64,000 nucleotides of DNA, from NCBI GenBank assembly GCA_964016885.1, contig OZ024741.1:266476001-266540000 (forward strand), read 5' to 3'. Positions 1 to 13,512 of the stretch are shown piece after piece. The DNA comes from Eledone cirrhosa. Lineage: Eukaryota. Below the pieces are notes generated by a model, which ran no database searches, had not been told where the DNA came from, and was given only the letters and a program-made list of their open reading frames with translations. A program made the translations under genes and the position numbers. Each line of letters opens with the position of its first letter. Within the stretch, counting starts at the first letter, position 1.

Positions 1-430
1 ATGGAGATGAGGTCAGCTCTGTCCTCTAAAACTTCATGGCTGTAATTCAAGTGATGAGTTTGTAGCCTTATTTTCTACTAACTTCAACATTAAATATTCA
101 ACAACAACAACAACATACATCAACATCAAGTACTATCTAATTACTTAAATACTAAAACACAGGACAATCACAAAGAAACAATAGCATTTGAGGTACTTAG
201 CAACACTCAGCACTAGATATCATCTTTGTAAAGTTTGACAGTAATCTTTTGTTCATGTTGGTGCATTTCATATCTATTGTCTTCTAATTAAAACCTTTTT
301 GATACGAATTCACCTGAAACTGGCCTGCTTCTAATATACAAAGCTATTTATTTTAAAAACCTACTATCATAATTTTTTGCAAGAATCTTTGTATATATGT
401 TCCAAACATCAGCTTATTAATGAGAAAATG

Positions 431-945
431 TGTTGTTGTTCTTCTTGAGTCATCTTTCCTTTAATGGTGAAGCATACACAAAGTTCTTATTCCAGACTTC
501 CCGATCTCTCATCACAGCAAGAAGATCCCATCCAGTGAGGCCAGTGTCCCTCCCCAACAGAGTACCAATGGTTTTGTTTGGACGTCCTACTTGGCGCTTT
601 GCATCTGGTGGTCAGAGAAGCAATTTACATGTTCATCATGGTGGGAAGAGGTCGAACTTTCAATGTGAAACTTATAGCAGCTTACCATAAAGAACTTTGT
701 TGGTTGTGTGACTTTGCCATGAAATGTTGAACACCACTCATATCTTGGTGTAGGAACTATCTAGTCTCCTTGAGCAAGTGACACTGAGAGTTCAGGATTC
801 TGAACCATATAGTAATATGGTTTCAATTGTATCTATGAAGACTTTGCACTTGGTAGATCTTGGGATGAGGGCTTTCCAAACTTTTTGTAGTGAATTTATT
901 GCGCCCCCATACTTAACCAATTCCGGTGGACATATCATGTTCAGA
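431..945 (-). mobile_element. Decayed RTE-clade LINE 3' fragment (same lineage as 50907-51612)
   Basis: Minus-strand translation gives SLQKVWKA..KCKVFIDTIETILLYGSES and further downstream GRPNKT..RDTGL..AVMRDREVW. These align with [39 protein letters not shown] of the 50.9 kb copy. Stops and frameshifts are present, with an (AAG/AAC)n tail near 431-445. Confidence 0.8.
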
Positions 946-1153
946 GTCAGTGTAAAATGAAAAAAAGAAATTAACAAAGTTTGTTATATATTAATAAATT
1001 TTTTGAAATCCATGATTATATTCAAAATGATTTAAAAATTATACACAGTGTCTTTCATTAGAAATGGGGTCATGAAATAGTTAACTCTTTTGATGCAAGC
1101 ACCAGAAACCAACCCTGGTTCTATAATACAAAATCAGTTAATTTAAAGTATTT

Positions 1154-1445
1154 ATCATCATCATCATCATCATCGTTTAACGTCTATCTTCCACGTTAGT
1201 ATGGGTTAGACAGGAATTGTCCCACTAGAAGCTAGATTTATCAAGTGACTGTCTCACTCGTATAGGACTGATCTGGCAGGTTTTCTAAGGCTGGATGCCC
1301 TTTCTAACACCAACCACATTTACAGTGTGAACTGGGAGCCTTTTTACCGTGTCTCCTACACGACCACATTACAGTGTGGACTGGATGCTTTTTGTCGTGA
1401 CATTTACACGACCACTTTACAGTATGGACTTGATGTTCTGTGGTA
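1154..1445 (-). mobile_element. Older 3'-UTR fragment of the PHD-RTE LINE family with (GAT)n tail
   Basis: (CAT)n is followed by cgtttaacgtc and the module ggactg..ctggcagggttttct..ctggatgccctttctaacaccaaccacatttacagtg. It is colinear with 51718-51960. Confidence 0.85.
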
Positions 1446-1799
1446 ACAACATATCTAAAAACCTTCCATCATAATTTTATGTCAGAACCTTAGTTATATT
1501 TGAAGCAACAGATGTGAGTCAGTTATTCTACTAAATCCCTTCAAATTCTTGATTATTTTCAACATTATTTGAAGACCATAAGTAGTGTCTTTCATTAAAA
1601 ATATGATAATTAAAGGGTTAACCATTTTGTTACAATATTTTTAATGAAATACTCTGTATTTCAATTAATTAATGAATAATTTGGAAGGATAATTTAATAT
1701 TATTCATCATTTCATTATTCAGATAGTATTTGTAACATAATTTAACACAAGGTTTTTTTTATGTAAAATTATGTTGGAAGATTTCTATATAAATAGTAA

Positions 1800-1995
1800 C
1801 CCTTTAGCATTTACATTACTCTATATATACTATTATATTTTCACGGTAATGGCTTTACCTCACATAACCTCAAATCTATGAGATTTTGATATTATCTATT
1901 TTGAGAACAGTACCTTAAAATCAGTATGAGCAGCTGGTTACAGTCGATTTGAACAGAAAGAGGAGAGAATTCTGGCTGGTTTAAACACTAAAGGG
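1800..1995. mobile_element. piggyBac-like MITE, family A (~195 bp)
   Basis: Termini are (g)taa|CCCTTTAGCATTTA and TAAACACTAAAGGG|ttaa. An inverted copy lies at 18469-18661 and another copy at 24890-25044. CCC...GGG ends with TTAA targets are the piggyBac hallmark. Confidence 0.7.
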
Positions 1996-2472
1996 TTAAA
2001 TCAATGGTTTTGATTTGTAGAACAAGAGCAGATTTTTGTCTTGTATTACAAAAGAGTTAAACTCAGTGCTACAAGCTAAGTCAATAGCTGTCAGTTTTTA
2101 TAACGCTATCATTGTTTAATATAGTGAGTTGTTTTGCCTAGTTTGTAGTATCTATTTACAGCTTGGACTATTTGAAAGTTAAATGTGATGGCTACAGCCA
2201 CAATATATTGCCAGAAATAACGTATAGCTGATTTTTTTTCAATAATCTATTGATTTGACGATCTCTCACTTTTCATCTGAATCCGGCAAATTGACAAAGT
2301 CTTGAGAATGGTGGATAGAATAAATGCTTTGCAGTATTTATTCTGGCTCTTTGCACTCTTAGTTCAAATCCTGCCAATGTCCACTTTGCCTGTCATCCTT
2401 TTGTGGCCAATAAAAAAAGTACCAGTCCAGTATTGGGGTCAATTGTTCCTTGATATCTCTTTCTCTTCATCC

Positions 2473-2476
<4 letters not shown>

Positions 2477-2530
<54 letters not shown>
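2477..2530. repeat. (CT)n microsatellite
   Basis: Read directly from the sequence. Confidence 0.98.
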
Positions 2531-2532
<2 letters not shown>

Positions 2533-2861
2533 AAACTGGTTGTATTCAGACCTGGAAAGGGATGTGCTCTGCCATGTTGAAAGTGTTTAAAGTGCCTAGG
2601 ACCTATCAGGAATTACGAGTCCATATATACAAAACATATGTACATGCACACATATAACTTAAAATATACACCTCCACACATACAATAACATCCATACCTG
2701 CACACACACATGCATGCATGCAGACATGCATACATATATACCTAATTGATGTTGTCTAAATTCCAATGAAAGAGTCTTGTGTCTATGTTAGAAACTGACT
2801 CTCTCTATTGGGAAAAATTTATAAAATTATGAAACCAGAAAAACATACATAAGTGAACTAA

Positions 2862-3128
2862 GGCACTCCATTGGTTACAGCAGTGAGTGTTCCAGTTGAC
2901 CCAATCAACAAAACAGCCAGCTCGTGAAATTAATGTGTAAGTGGCTGAGCATTCCACAGACATGCGTACCCTTAACATTGTTCTCAGGGAGAGTCAGCGT
3001 GACACAGAATGTGACAAGGCTGGCCCTTCAAATTACAGGTACAACTCATTTTTGCCAGCTTATTGGACTGGAGCAACGTGGAATGTAGTGTGTTGCTTAA
3101 GGACACAACACACTGTCGGGAATCGATT
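2862..3128 (-). mobile_element. tRNA-derived CORE-type SINE (cephalopod OR/OK-like), 5'-degraded
   Basis: It is similar in reverse complement to 12352-12552 and similar to 62541-62688 (actggagcaa.gtg.aat..agtg.cttgct.aagga). It contains a CORE-like ccttaagcaacacact motif on the - strand. The family name is from memory, not a database hit. Confidence 0.65.
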
Positions 3129-3170
3129 CACGGGATTTTTTAGACAAGGTTTTACAGCTAGATATGTATA

Positions 3171-3342
3171 CAGTGTCAACTCTCCCTGTCTGACGGGGGG
3201 GGGGGGGGGGAGCTCTCCCACCTACTTTTGGGTAGGTGAGAAATGTCTTTTCTTGTGAAAATGGGTATAGCTTTCATTATGTAAAATCTCCCCATTTTGC
3301 CTCATTTCTCCCCGTTTGGGTTTTTAGAGGTTGGCAGGTCTG
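3171..3342. mobile_element. hAT-like MITE (~170 bp), inverted copy of 17282-17447
   Basis: The internal sequence gaaaatgggtatagctttcattatgtaaaatc is the reverse complement of gattttacataatgaaagctatacccattttc at ~17345. The terminus is gaggttggcaggtctg. Confidence 0.75.
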
Positions 3343-4229
3343 TATACATGACACCAACTCTTTAAAGTCGTTTCTTACGACACACAGGAATTCGGTGTGC
3401 TTATTCCAAGTAAAATAATATGTACCATCGTCTATTTGTTTGACAGATTGTTATATCAACAATAACTCCATTAGTGAAGCAGTTGTAAGATATGAAACCG
3501 GCAACCTTTTACTCTGTTTTGTGCTGCCCTTCGTTAGTCATTTTAACGGCAATACGACTAAGCTGCCGTTCTTAAAACATGGAGTCATTATATTGACTTG
3601 TTCTCTCTCGGACATAGCTGACAAACGACAATCAGACAGACGACATTTCCACAGAGATTTTGCAGACGAGAAATATTTGGGTGTGGTCAATTGTTGAAAA
3701 ATGAAGCGATGTCTGTGTATATATGTATGTGTGTATGTATATATTTATGTATGTATATATATATATAGAGAGAGAGAGTGTGGGGGAGAAGATAGACAGA
3801 AAAAAAGAGAGACTGTAGAGCAGTAACCAGAGAGAGAATGAAAGAGAGAGATAGAGGGAGTGGGTGGGGTAGAGAGAGTGGTGAGAAAGTGTAACGGACA
3901 GAGAGAGAGAGAGGGGGGGGGAGAGAGAGAGAGAGAGAGAGAGCAAGTGAGATCAAATGAGAAGGATATGAATAAACAGATATAAGGAGATGTTAGCGGT
4001 GGGGAATGTAATGTGGTAACAGTGGACGAAATCCCAGGGGTGAAGAAGAGTGTGCGTGTATGTAAGCATGTGTTTATGTGTCCATATGTGTATGGAGTGT
4101 TGGTGGAGGCTGCCAGATAGAAAGACATACAGAAAGATTTAAATAAAACGGGAGAGAGAGTAAAAGAAAGAAAGATAAAGAGAGTGAAAGAAAAATAGAT
4201 AAATAGATATGTAAATAGAGAGAGAAAAT

Positions 4230-4545
4230 CTATAGTGAAAGGAAAACGCAAGATAAGACGAGAGAGACTTGTAGAGATAGAGAGAAAGAGGAGAACGAAA
4301 AAGAGATAAAGTTAACTTTAAGAGAGAGAAAGAGAGAACGAAAGAAACCAAGAGAGAGATATAGCTATGATAATACAGAGTGAAAGGAAGAGAACGAAAG
4401 AAACCAAGAGAGGGAGATAGAGAGAAAGATATAGCTATGATAATACAGAGTCAGAGAAAGAGAGAACCAAAGAGACCAAGAGAGAAAGATATAGCTCTGA
4501 TAATAGAGAGTGAAAGGAAGAGAACGAAAGACTATAAGAAAAGCA
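4230..4545. repeat. Purine-rich diverged minisatellite (~58-68 bp unit, 4-5 copies)
   Basis: Recurrent unit gagaaagatatagct(a/c)tgataatacagagtgaaaggaagagaacgaaagaaaccaagag. Confidence 0.85.
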
Positions 4546-4559
4546 GGGAGGGAGTGAAT

Positions 4560-4865
4560 ACATCTGCAACAGAACCGAACGAGCGGAGCAAAGAAGAGGA
4601 GGGAGGAGAGGGAGTACAAACAACAGTAGTAAACAGCAGCAGTAGTGACAACCCGATTTGCAGTGGCGGCGGTGACGAAAGAGAAGGAGCGGCGACTCGG
4701 CTTCATTTGCATACATGTTAATAAATACCACCACCACCACTCCACCCTTTTGATGTGGGTCACATTAGGCCGCTAACAGTGAGAGAGTGAGTGTGTGTCT
4801 CCACTTTTATAGAGGATACGGTGGTGTGCGCCAGGCCAAGGAAGAGTTATTACAGCTTGGTAAGT
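4560..4865 (+). promoter_or_regulatory. Candidate promoter / non-coding first exon ending at a strong splice donor
   Basis: Local CpG and GC enrichment in an AT-rich background, an octamer motif ATTTGCAT at 4705-4712, and donor CTTG|GTAAGT with GT at 4860-4861. There is no long ATG-initiated ORF. This is motif inference only. Confidence 0.45.
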
Positions 4866-5534
4866 CTTATATATATGTTTTTATAACATATATACTTATA
4901 TATAGTCTCACCTGAAATTATTTTTGCTAGGATTCTTTTTAAAACGATTATTTTTGTTTGTCCCGGTAATTGGAAAAAAAAAAAAAAGAATATTTCTTCG
5001 AAGCTTTACCCCTAGGGAAAGCACTGCAGAAGATCTTTGCAGATGTTTCGGCTCTAAATTTAAACCCTAAAAAAATTTGCAATTTATTTTATACTCCCGG
5101 CTTAACTCTGCTTTATATATGTCTATATACATATAGAAATATATATTTATGCATTTATAATTCTGGATAGTCGCTTCGTCTTTTCCTTTTTCAGAATGGA
5201 ATCTCTTACACTTAGCTATGTAGCCACACTCAAGTCGTTTTTCATTCTCTCGCTCCGTCTTATCTTTTCTTCGATCACTTTACCTTTCTCCTTCCTCTCT
5301 CACACTGATGTGCCTTTCTTTTATATTTTCTCGAGCACGCGCTCACGTACGCACACATGCCTACACACATGCCTACACACATGCACACACACGCACCCAC
5401 ACACAACTTCGGTCTCACTCAATTTAATCCTTCTCCTCTCCCCCTCTCTTTCATTTTTATATCTTTCCCTTGTTCTTTACATTTACACACTCTTCCTCTC
5501 TAACCTTTGTATTCTTTCATTCCTCCCTCACTCC

Positions 5535-5965
5535 GTCTGTCTGTTATCTATCTTTCCCCTTATTCTCAACCTTTCCTCTCTCTCTGTCTATGCTATCTAT
5601 CGTTTCCTTATTCTCAACCTTTCCTCTCTCTGTCTATGCTATCTATCGTTTCCTTATTCTCAACCTTTCCTCTCTCTGTCTATGCTATCTATCGTTTCCT
5701 TATTCTCAACCTTTCCTCTCTCTGTCTATGCTATCTATCGTTTCCTTATTCTCAACCTTTCCTCTCTCTGTCTATGCTATCTATCGTTTCCTTATTCTCA
5801 ACCTTTCCTCTCTCTGTCTATGCTATCTATCTTTCCCTTATTCTCAACCTTTCCTCCCACACTCCCTCTGTCTATGCTATCTATCTTTCCCCTATTCTCA
5901 ACCTTTCCTCCCACACTCCCTCTGTCTGTGCTATCTATCTTTCCCTTATTCTCAACCTTCTCTCC
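5535..5965. repeat. 46-bp pyrimidine-rich minisatellite (~9 copies)
   Basis: tattctcaac recurs at 5561, 5609, 5655, 5701 and 5747 (period 46). The last units are ~53 bp. Confidence 0.95.
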
Positions 5966-7419
5966 CTCTCTTTTCGTAGTAAAGATCTCGGTCTTTCACT
6001 TTCTATTACACATTGTCTACCTCTTACCTCCCCTCTTTTGTCTTCCACCTGTCTCTCTCTCTCTCCCTCTCTCTCTCTTATTGCACCTTGTCTCTACCCC
6101 CACCTTTCTCTCTCCGCCTCTCTATTACACCTTGTCTCTAACTCCCACCTCACTGACACTTTACTCACCTTGGTATATATCTTCCATATCCCTTTCTCAC
6201 TAGGTAAGCATCAACATTTACATATATATATATCTATTATCTATCTATATATATACACACATGCATACATACATATACACACAGACACTTGTATGCTACA
6301 CTCGGGCAGGGCTGGGCCCCCACCATGAAACAATTTTAACCGAACGTAGAGCCTGGCTGACTTTGTGAAAACGGAGGGTCTCGTGTCAGCTATCCTTCTG
6401 TCGATCTCTTTATATATATATATATATATACACAATATATGTGTATGTACATCTGTGTATATATATTATACCAGTGACTCAACAACCAATAGTTTTATGG
6501 TTAATACTATACTAGTTTTAAAAGTACAGCGAGCACCAAACCCTTACATCTCAAGTCACTGGTGTAACTGTAACAATCATTTAATAATAATTATATATCT
6601 CTTCAATAGAGATCGATAAAATAAGTATCTCACCAGATTTGAAAACATTTGCTTTATGTACTGGGCGGGGGGGGGGGGGGGGGGTTCGATATGGACTAAA
6701 TCCCTTCAAGGCGTTGTCCCAGCATGACCGCAATCTGACCGACACAAGTCATATATATTTTTCACACATGTATATTTCCATTATTTAGGTAGATCTCTCT
6801 CTGTATCTTACATTATACATATATAATCAACATTTTATACACTTCGATCTAGCTGCACTCATCACACACACACACACCTCCACTCACACTCACTGCTATC
6901 TTATACAAGATTATTTCTGTGTGAATATATTAATGTACTGCAGCTTGAACAGAAATATATTATATATATACACACACACACACATACACACATATGTGTC
7001 ATCTCCCCACTCTCTTTTTCAATCCAGTAATCTAGACTATACTTCTGTGTTGAACAGTAAAATATGGTTTCATTTTACACTTGGGTATTATATATATATA
7101 CTTCTGTTCTGGTCGAAAAGAAATATCATTTTCAATTTTTTTCAAAACCTAGCAATGTCTTAATGCTATTTTCAACACTCTCTTACACAAGTTTGAATAT
7201 TGGATCTATCTGTATAGAGTACTTATATGCTGTACATCTGCATAGAATATATGTAGTGTATCTGCATCGAATATATTATACACTTGTGGTGCTGCATTAC
7301 TAACAAGTGTATACACTTGTTCGTAATGCAGTACCGCTATATATGTCTATGCATATACATACTTTGCACAAGGTGCTGATTTTACCCCTCCGTTTTACAA
7401 ACATATATGTTTGTGCGTG

Positions 7420-8280
7420 TATGTATATATATATATATATATATAAATACATATTTGTATATATATATATATATAAATACATATTTGTATATATATATAT
7501 ATATAAATACATATTTGTGTATATATATATATATATAAATACATATTTGTATATATATATATATATAAATACATATTTGTATATATATATATATATAAAT
7601 ACATATTTGTATATATATATATATATAAATACATATTTGTATATATATATATATATAAATACATATTTGTATATATATATATATATATAAATACATATTT
7701 GTATATATATATATATATATATAAATACATATTTGTATATATATATATATATATATATAAATACATATTTGTATATATATATATATATATATAAATACAT
7801 ATTTGTATATATATATATATATATATAAATACATATTTGTATATATATATATATATATATAAATACATATTTGTATATATATATATATATATATATAAAT
7901 ACATATTTGTATATATATATATATATAAATACATATTTGTATATATATATATATATATATAAATACATATTTGTATATATATATATATATATATAAATAC
8001 ATATTTGTATGTATATATATTTGTATATATATATATAAATACATATTTGTATGTATATATATTTGTATATATATATATAAATACATATTTGTATGTATAT
8101 ATATTTGTATATATATATATAAATACATATTTGTATGTATATATATTTGTATATATATATATAAATACATATTTGTATGTATATATATTTGTATATATAT
8201 ATATAAATACATATTTGTATGTATATATATTTGTATATATATATAAATACATATTTGTATATATATATATATATATATAC
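7420..8280. repeat. Compound minisatellite [AAATACATATTTG(TA)n], ~30-36 bp unit changing to a ~44 bp composite unit after ~8000
   Basis: Read directly from the sequence. Confidence 0.97.
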
Positions 8281-8383
8281 AAACTTTCTTTCGCTATTCC
8301 CAAGACTATCATCATAAACATACGAATACACACCTACTTTTCTCGGACACGAACATCACTCCCACATCTATCTATATTCACAT

Positions 8384-8451
<68 letters not shown>

Positions 8452-8595
8452 CTCCACCCACCCATACCTGCACTATCGTGTTTATTTCACCCGCCAACAA
8501 AACAGTTTTGGCCGGTCATTACCTCTGGGCATTCAGTTTTCAAGCGGTTAAGTTAAACACCCATTTTATGATTTTTTTTATTTTTTTTTAGTAAA

Positions 8596-8692
8596 AATAA
8601 CTGTTTCTACTTTTGGCACAAGGCCAGCTATAATCCAGTGTATTACTGGTACTTTATTTTATCGACCGCCGTTAGGATGAAAGGCAAGGCCA
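8596..8692 (-). mobile_element. 5'-truncated tRNA-SINE (family of 22711-22901)
   Basis: Contains tgtttctacttttggcacaaggccagc...tactggtactttattttatcgacc...ggatgaaaggcaa. Confidence 0.85.
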
Positions 8693-9056
8693 CACCGCGC
8701 ACACCTTCGTCAACATGAAATATATTTCTTCTCAGACGAGGGGAATGGTTCTTAACGCCGTCTTCCCCGCCTATCGTTCTCTCTACTCTAATCTATTTGT
8801 GTTATATATATATATCTTTCTAGACACGGTTGTTAATTAATTCATCTTTATATATATGTACACACACACACCTATGAGTATTTCACGCATCGCCGCAGTA
8901 TAAAGTATGGTATGTATGTGTGTATATGGATGTATACACTCATGCGTGCGCATATATATACACTTCGCTCCCTGCAGTGGATTTCGCTGCGCGTGTATTA
9001 TATATATATATATATATATTACACACACGTATATGTATATATATATATTTTTTTGT

Positions 9057-9061
<5 letters not shown>

Positions 9062-9134
<73 letters not shown>
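9062..9134. repeat. (CA)n microsatellite
   Basis: Read directly from the sequence. Confidence 0.98.
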
Positions 9135-9136
<2 letters not shown>

Positions 9137-9259
9137 TATATATATATATATTGATTCCTATTAATAGTTTGATTCCAGCAGTCTTATAAATATGCCGCTA
9201 TGTATAACTATCTACCTGTCTGCATTTTCTATTTCTCCCAATCTCCCCCCCCCTCTCTC

Positions 9260-9291
<32 letters not shown>

Positions 9292-9929
9292 CCACGCGCA
9301 CAATCAAACACACCCTCCATTTTTACTAGAGATGTGTCTGCCTGTCTGTGTGTGTATGTGAGCAAGAAGGAAGAAATTCCTGGTATTTCTATTCCCCTTC
9401 CATTTTCCCAGCTCCACCCTCGCTCTCCTCCATCATTACTTGACACTTCTCTCTTCAGCCCCTTCCATCATATCCTTAAACAATGTCACAGATGCTCACA
9501 TTTGCAAATGCCATTCAAACATTTTCTTCTGATGCCATATTATTTTATATGGAATTAAATGAAACACAAGTAAAGATGTAATCACCATGATTCTAGATCT
9601 GACAGTATTTATATCTAGCTTGGCAACAGGGAATTGAGGAAAAAATAGGGATGATAATGGCTAACGTTTCATGAAAGGTCCTTATAAAACAGAAAATCGT
9701 TCTATTTTATAAATATATATGTAATATAGTATATATGTGTATATGTAGCAAAAATATCTGTGATTAGGGAAAAAGTGCTCGATAAGAAAAAGATATGTGT
9801 TTAGATAGCCGGGCTATATTGTCGCTCGACTTATCAGAAACAGCAGCTAACGTTTCCCTCACATCACACTCTTTACTGTCTTAAAGGAAGGACATTAGGT
9901 TATCACGGCTGCATTATTATTGATCATGC

Positions 9930-10067
9930 TGAGTTCAAATCCCGCCGAAGTTAACTTTGTCTTTCATTCTTACGTGGTCGATAAAATAAAGCACCAGTAA
10001 TGTACTGGGATCGATTTAATCGACTCCCCCTCCCCCAAATTACTGGCCTTGTGCCTATATAAGAAAT
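9930..10067 (+). mobile_element. 5'-truncated tRNA-SINE with 18-bp TSD
   Basis: B-box gagttcaaatccc and central domain ctttcattcttacgtggtcgataaaataaagcaccag. The TSD cattattattgatcatgc is at 9912-9929 and 10068-10085. Confidence 0.9.
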
Positions 10068-10112
10068 CATTATTATTGATCATGCGTCTGCTGGATCAGG
10101 GTTGACCTGGGG

Positions 10113-10142
<30 letters not shown>

Positions 10143-10144
<2 letters not shown>

Positions 10145-10253
10145 TGGTGTCCCCCCCCCCCCCAAAAAAAAATGTATACACATTTTGATTACTTGTACAG
10201 GCAATGTTTATTAGAATACTGTTGAAGTGTGTATACATTTCTGGGACACCCTG
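10143..10253. mobile_element. Tc1/mariner-type MITE (~110 bp)
   Basis: Terminal inverted repeats ca(t)ggtgtccc..aaatgtatacac and gtgtatacatttctgggacaccctg, followed by TA. Confidence 0.75.
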
Positions 10254-10929
10254 TATATATCTTTATTATATAATATAAAAATGACTTCTACAGGATTAGT
10301 CTTGTAGAAGTATATCAAATAAAGATGCCTGTAGTCTATCAATGTATTGAATAGCTTTTTTAACTGTGGTTAACTTCCTCCGACACAACTCGGGTATATA
10401 TATATATATATTTCAATGTTAGTGGTAAAGTACTTTATTCAGTTGTATGATTGCCAGTGTTGTATTTTATCACTGGAATCAACGAACTATTTAATTGAAA
10501 TATGGAAAAGTAGAACCGTGTCTTCATATTTCTCACACACATTCGGTACATTTTATTTCGTTCCTTCTTGCTGTCGCCTATTTTCATATCTGGCTGTATG
10601 TTCAACAGTCATTGTCTTTAATTTTGTTGGTTTGGTATCTCTATATAATTCTATATCTATCTACCCTACCCTACCTACCTATCTACATCTACCCTACATA
10701 CCTATCTATCTAAAGGTGTCTTGTCTACTTCGGTTGTCTTCGTTTCTCACCTTACCGTATAATGTAATTATAATTATATACTCCATTCGTCCGTCTGGTG
10801 AGGTTGACGGAACTTTATTACTTGTAGTAGTAGTAATTTTAGGTTATACCGGTGTTGATGATGATGCTGGTGGTGTTAGTCTTGGTAGTAGCGATAATGC
10901 CTATGGTGATGGTAGTAGTTGTAGTTTTA

Positions 10930-11310
10930 GTAATTTTAGATTAGCCTGGTGTTGTCAATGATGGTGTTCTTTTTGGTAGTAGCAGTAATGTCTATGATGA
11001 TGGTGGTGTTGGTAGTAGCTGTAGTAGTAGATGTAACGTCTGATGGTAGTGGTGGTGTTTGTCTTGGTAGTTGCAATGTCTGGTGGTGGTTTGTCTTGGT
11101 AGTTGCAATGTCTGGTGGTGGTTTGTCTTGGGAGTTGCAATGTCTGGTGGTGGTTTGTCTTGGTAGTTGCAATATCTGGTGGTGGTGTTTGCCTTGGTAG
11201 TCGTGGTAATGTCTGGTGGTGGTGGTGATAGTAGCTGTAACGTCTGATGATGGTGGTGGTAGTAGTTGTTTGTCTTGTTAGTAGTGGCAATGTCTGATGA
11301 TGATAGTTGT
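10930..11310. repeat. 32-bp GT-rich minisatellite in a (GGT/AGT) low-complexity region
   Basis: Unit gtctggtggtggtttgtcttggtagttgcaat; gtcttggtag recurs at 11061 and 11093 (period 32). Confidence 0.92.
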
Positions 11311-12351
11311 GATAATGTCCTCCATTGCATACAGTTCTCTCTCAGCAGGAACTTATACACCTCCTTCCCATTTAAATCTTTCAAATTCCTTTTACCCACA
11401 GCTTCGATAATAACTCTTTGCACCTGTATGTATATTTTAAAGGATGGTAGCAGAATGTACCATATTTTTATGTGTATGTCTGTTGAAGTGTTCTCTCTAT
11501 CTTCTAAGAATAGACAGTTGAGTTGCGATAGTTAATCTTACGTCGATCCGCATTGCCAGTTGTTGCAAGTTAGGATTTTCATCCATGAACATCACACCAT
11601 ACAGTTTATTTAATAATGAGACCGAAAGATTCGGAGACAACCTGCAAGAAATCGTTAAATTCATCTCGCTTCATGTCATTACATTTTAACATCATCTCGC
11701 CGGATTTTTAAAGTTTAAAAAAAATCTTCCAATGTTCCTGGATTAATGTACATATATTTCCTCGGCGAACATCTACATATCGCTGGATAGTTAAAATAAA
11801 AAATCTTCCAATGGATTAATTTACATATATTTCCTCGGCGAACATCTACAAATCGCTAGATTGTTGAAATAAAATGTTTTTATGTTCCAGGATCAATCTA
11901 GGTTTCCTCTTTAAATGGGGGTTACATATGTCATATAGATAGATATAGTTTTTTTCTATTTTTGGCCCTTTGGAGAAACCGCCTAAAACCATCCCTTGTT
12001 CTGATACAAAACTGTTTTAAAGTGTTTTTGAAATATATTCCATCATAATTATATGTAAGAACCTTTTTCAAACACCAACTTAATATTACTAAATTCCCCT
12101 AGTGTCTTTTATAAATATGGTATAGAAAGGGTTAAACAAAGTTATTTGCTCTGAAAATCAAATAGACATAGCTGGAGCTCTGTTGGCTTTCCAAGCATTC
12201 TATGGAACTTCACCCTGGATAGCACGTCAGTCTATTGTAACTTTTTCTTATTTTCGGGTATTATTGATGTTTCTCTTTTGAAGATATCGCCCGATTCACC
12301 GGATTAATTGCATATATACAAACAAGTTAGGATTTCCTCGTCAACTCCTGT

Positions 12352-12552
12352 TTGTGGTTAGGGTATTCGGCTTACGATAGTAAAGTCGTGAGTTGGGTTT
12401 CCGGCGGCGCGTCGTCCTTGAGCAAGGCACTGTTTCACGTCCATCTAGTCTATTCATCTGTCATGTTGAATCACACTGAGAATTTCACGAGCGGGCTGTT
12501 TCGTTGATCGTATCAACTTGTACACTCGTCGTCGTAACCGACGGAGTGCCAG
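12352..12552 (+). mobile_element. tRNA-derived CORE-type SINE, internally deleted
   Basis: tRNA-like head gtggttagggtattcggct, CORE motif gtccttgagcaaggcact, and a 3' part homologous to the reverse complement of 2862-2935. Confidence 0.7.
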
Positions 12553-13220
12553 TTTATACATACACATGAATGAAGTATACGAAATGGATCCGGTGAATCT
12601 TAAGAGAAATGTTCTTCAAAGATCTATTATCAATTATATCCAGGTTTTACAGTTAGTTCGACCCAATCATTTCTGGCTTATCTGGTGATATTTTATCAAC
12701 TCCTCCATAACTGTGAAAGACTACGTTGACCTAGACTAGAAGACAATTATGTCACCTGTAGCTTATTTTATTTTACAGCGATCTGCTCCAACATTCCTGT
12801 TTACCTGCCACATTATCATTATCACTTTTCGCGCGCGCGTCACTGGTCCTCTAACCTTTTTTTTACCTGTGACACATTATCAGTCACTTTAATATATAGA
12901 TAGATCAATGGTTTTTAACTAGACAGACCTATAAACAACCTTTAAACTAAATGTTACTGAGATTTATAAATATCATTAAACTTCGTGATATGAGCCTTAA
13001 ATATTACTGGGAGACGGACAACTCTTCAACTTGATATTTTCATAGATGCCTTAAATATTTTATAGTGAACCGTTTGTTGGATTCGTATGAAAATTGGCCA
13101 AAATATTAGTTTCATATTGAAAACATTTGTAATCCTTGTTTCTTATAACATCACCCCACTGGAATTCCCCTCTTTGGCCATGTTCCATCCACTACTCTAC
13201 AGTTGAAGAATATATGGCCC

Positions 13221-13445
13221 TAGGGATCTCCAAACCTTTTATATCATAGACCCCATCATGAAATCCATGACCTCATCGACTCCATACATATATAAGAAAA
13301 TAAATAGAATACAAAACTAATATCTAAATCAGAAACTTGTATATGCAATTTGTATTATTTAATGTATTTTCACTTCTCATACAAATGTCAGGTCCCGAAT
13401 TTTTCATATTATCCACTCTACTACCCCAAGTATTGAGTACTCTGG
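13221..13445. mobile_element. hAT-Charlie-like MITE, diverged copy of 17551-17784
   Basis: Starts tagggatctccaaacc and shares aaaactaat..taaatcaga..ttgtatta..cttctca.acaaat.tcaggt. Confidence 0.65.
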
Positions 13446-13478
13446 TGAGTAATGGTCTAGCTGGTTTTTACCGCTTCC

Positions 13479-13511
<33 letters not shown>

Positions 13512-13512
<1 letters not shown>

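Noticed and set aside
5535-5965. CRISPR-like periodicity here and at 7420-8280 and 11040-11200
   Set aside because: These are head-to-tail units without unique spacers, with no cas genes and in a eukaryotic context.
5196-6203. 335-aa ORF bounded by an acceptor and a donor
   Set aside because: It is a low-complexity S/L/F/P translation of the 46-bp pyrimidine minisatellite, which is open in several frames. It is kept only as a possible non-coding exon signal.
10936-11423. Mucin-like Thr/Pro ORFs
   Set aside because: The 32-bp unit is not a multiple of 3 and the ORFs cycle through frames.
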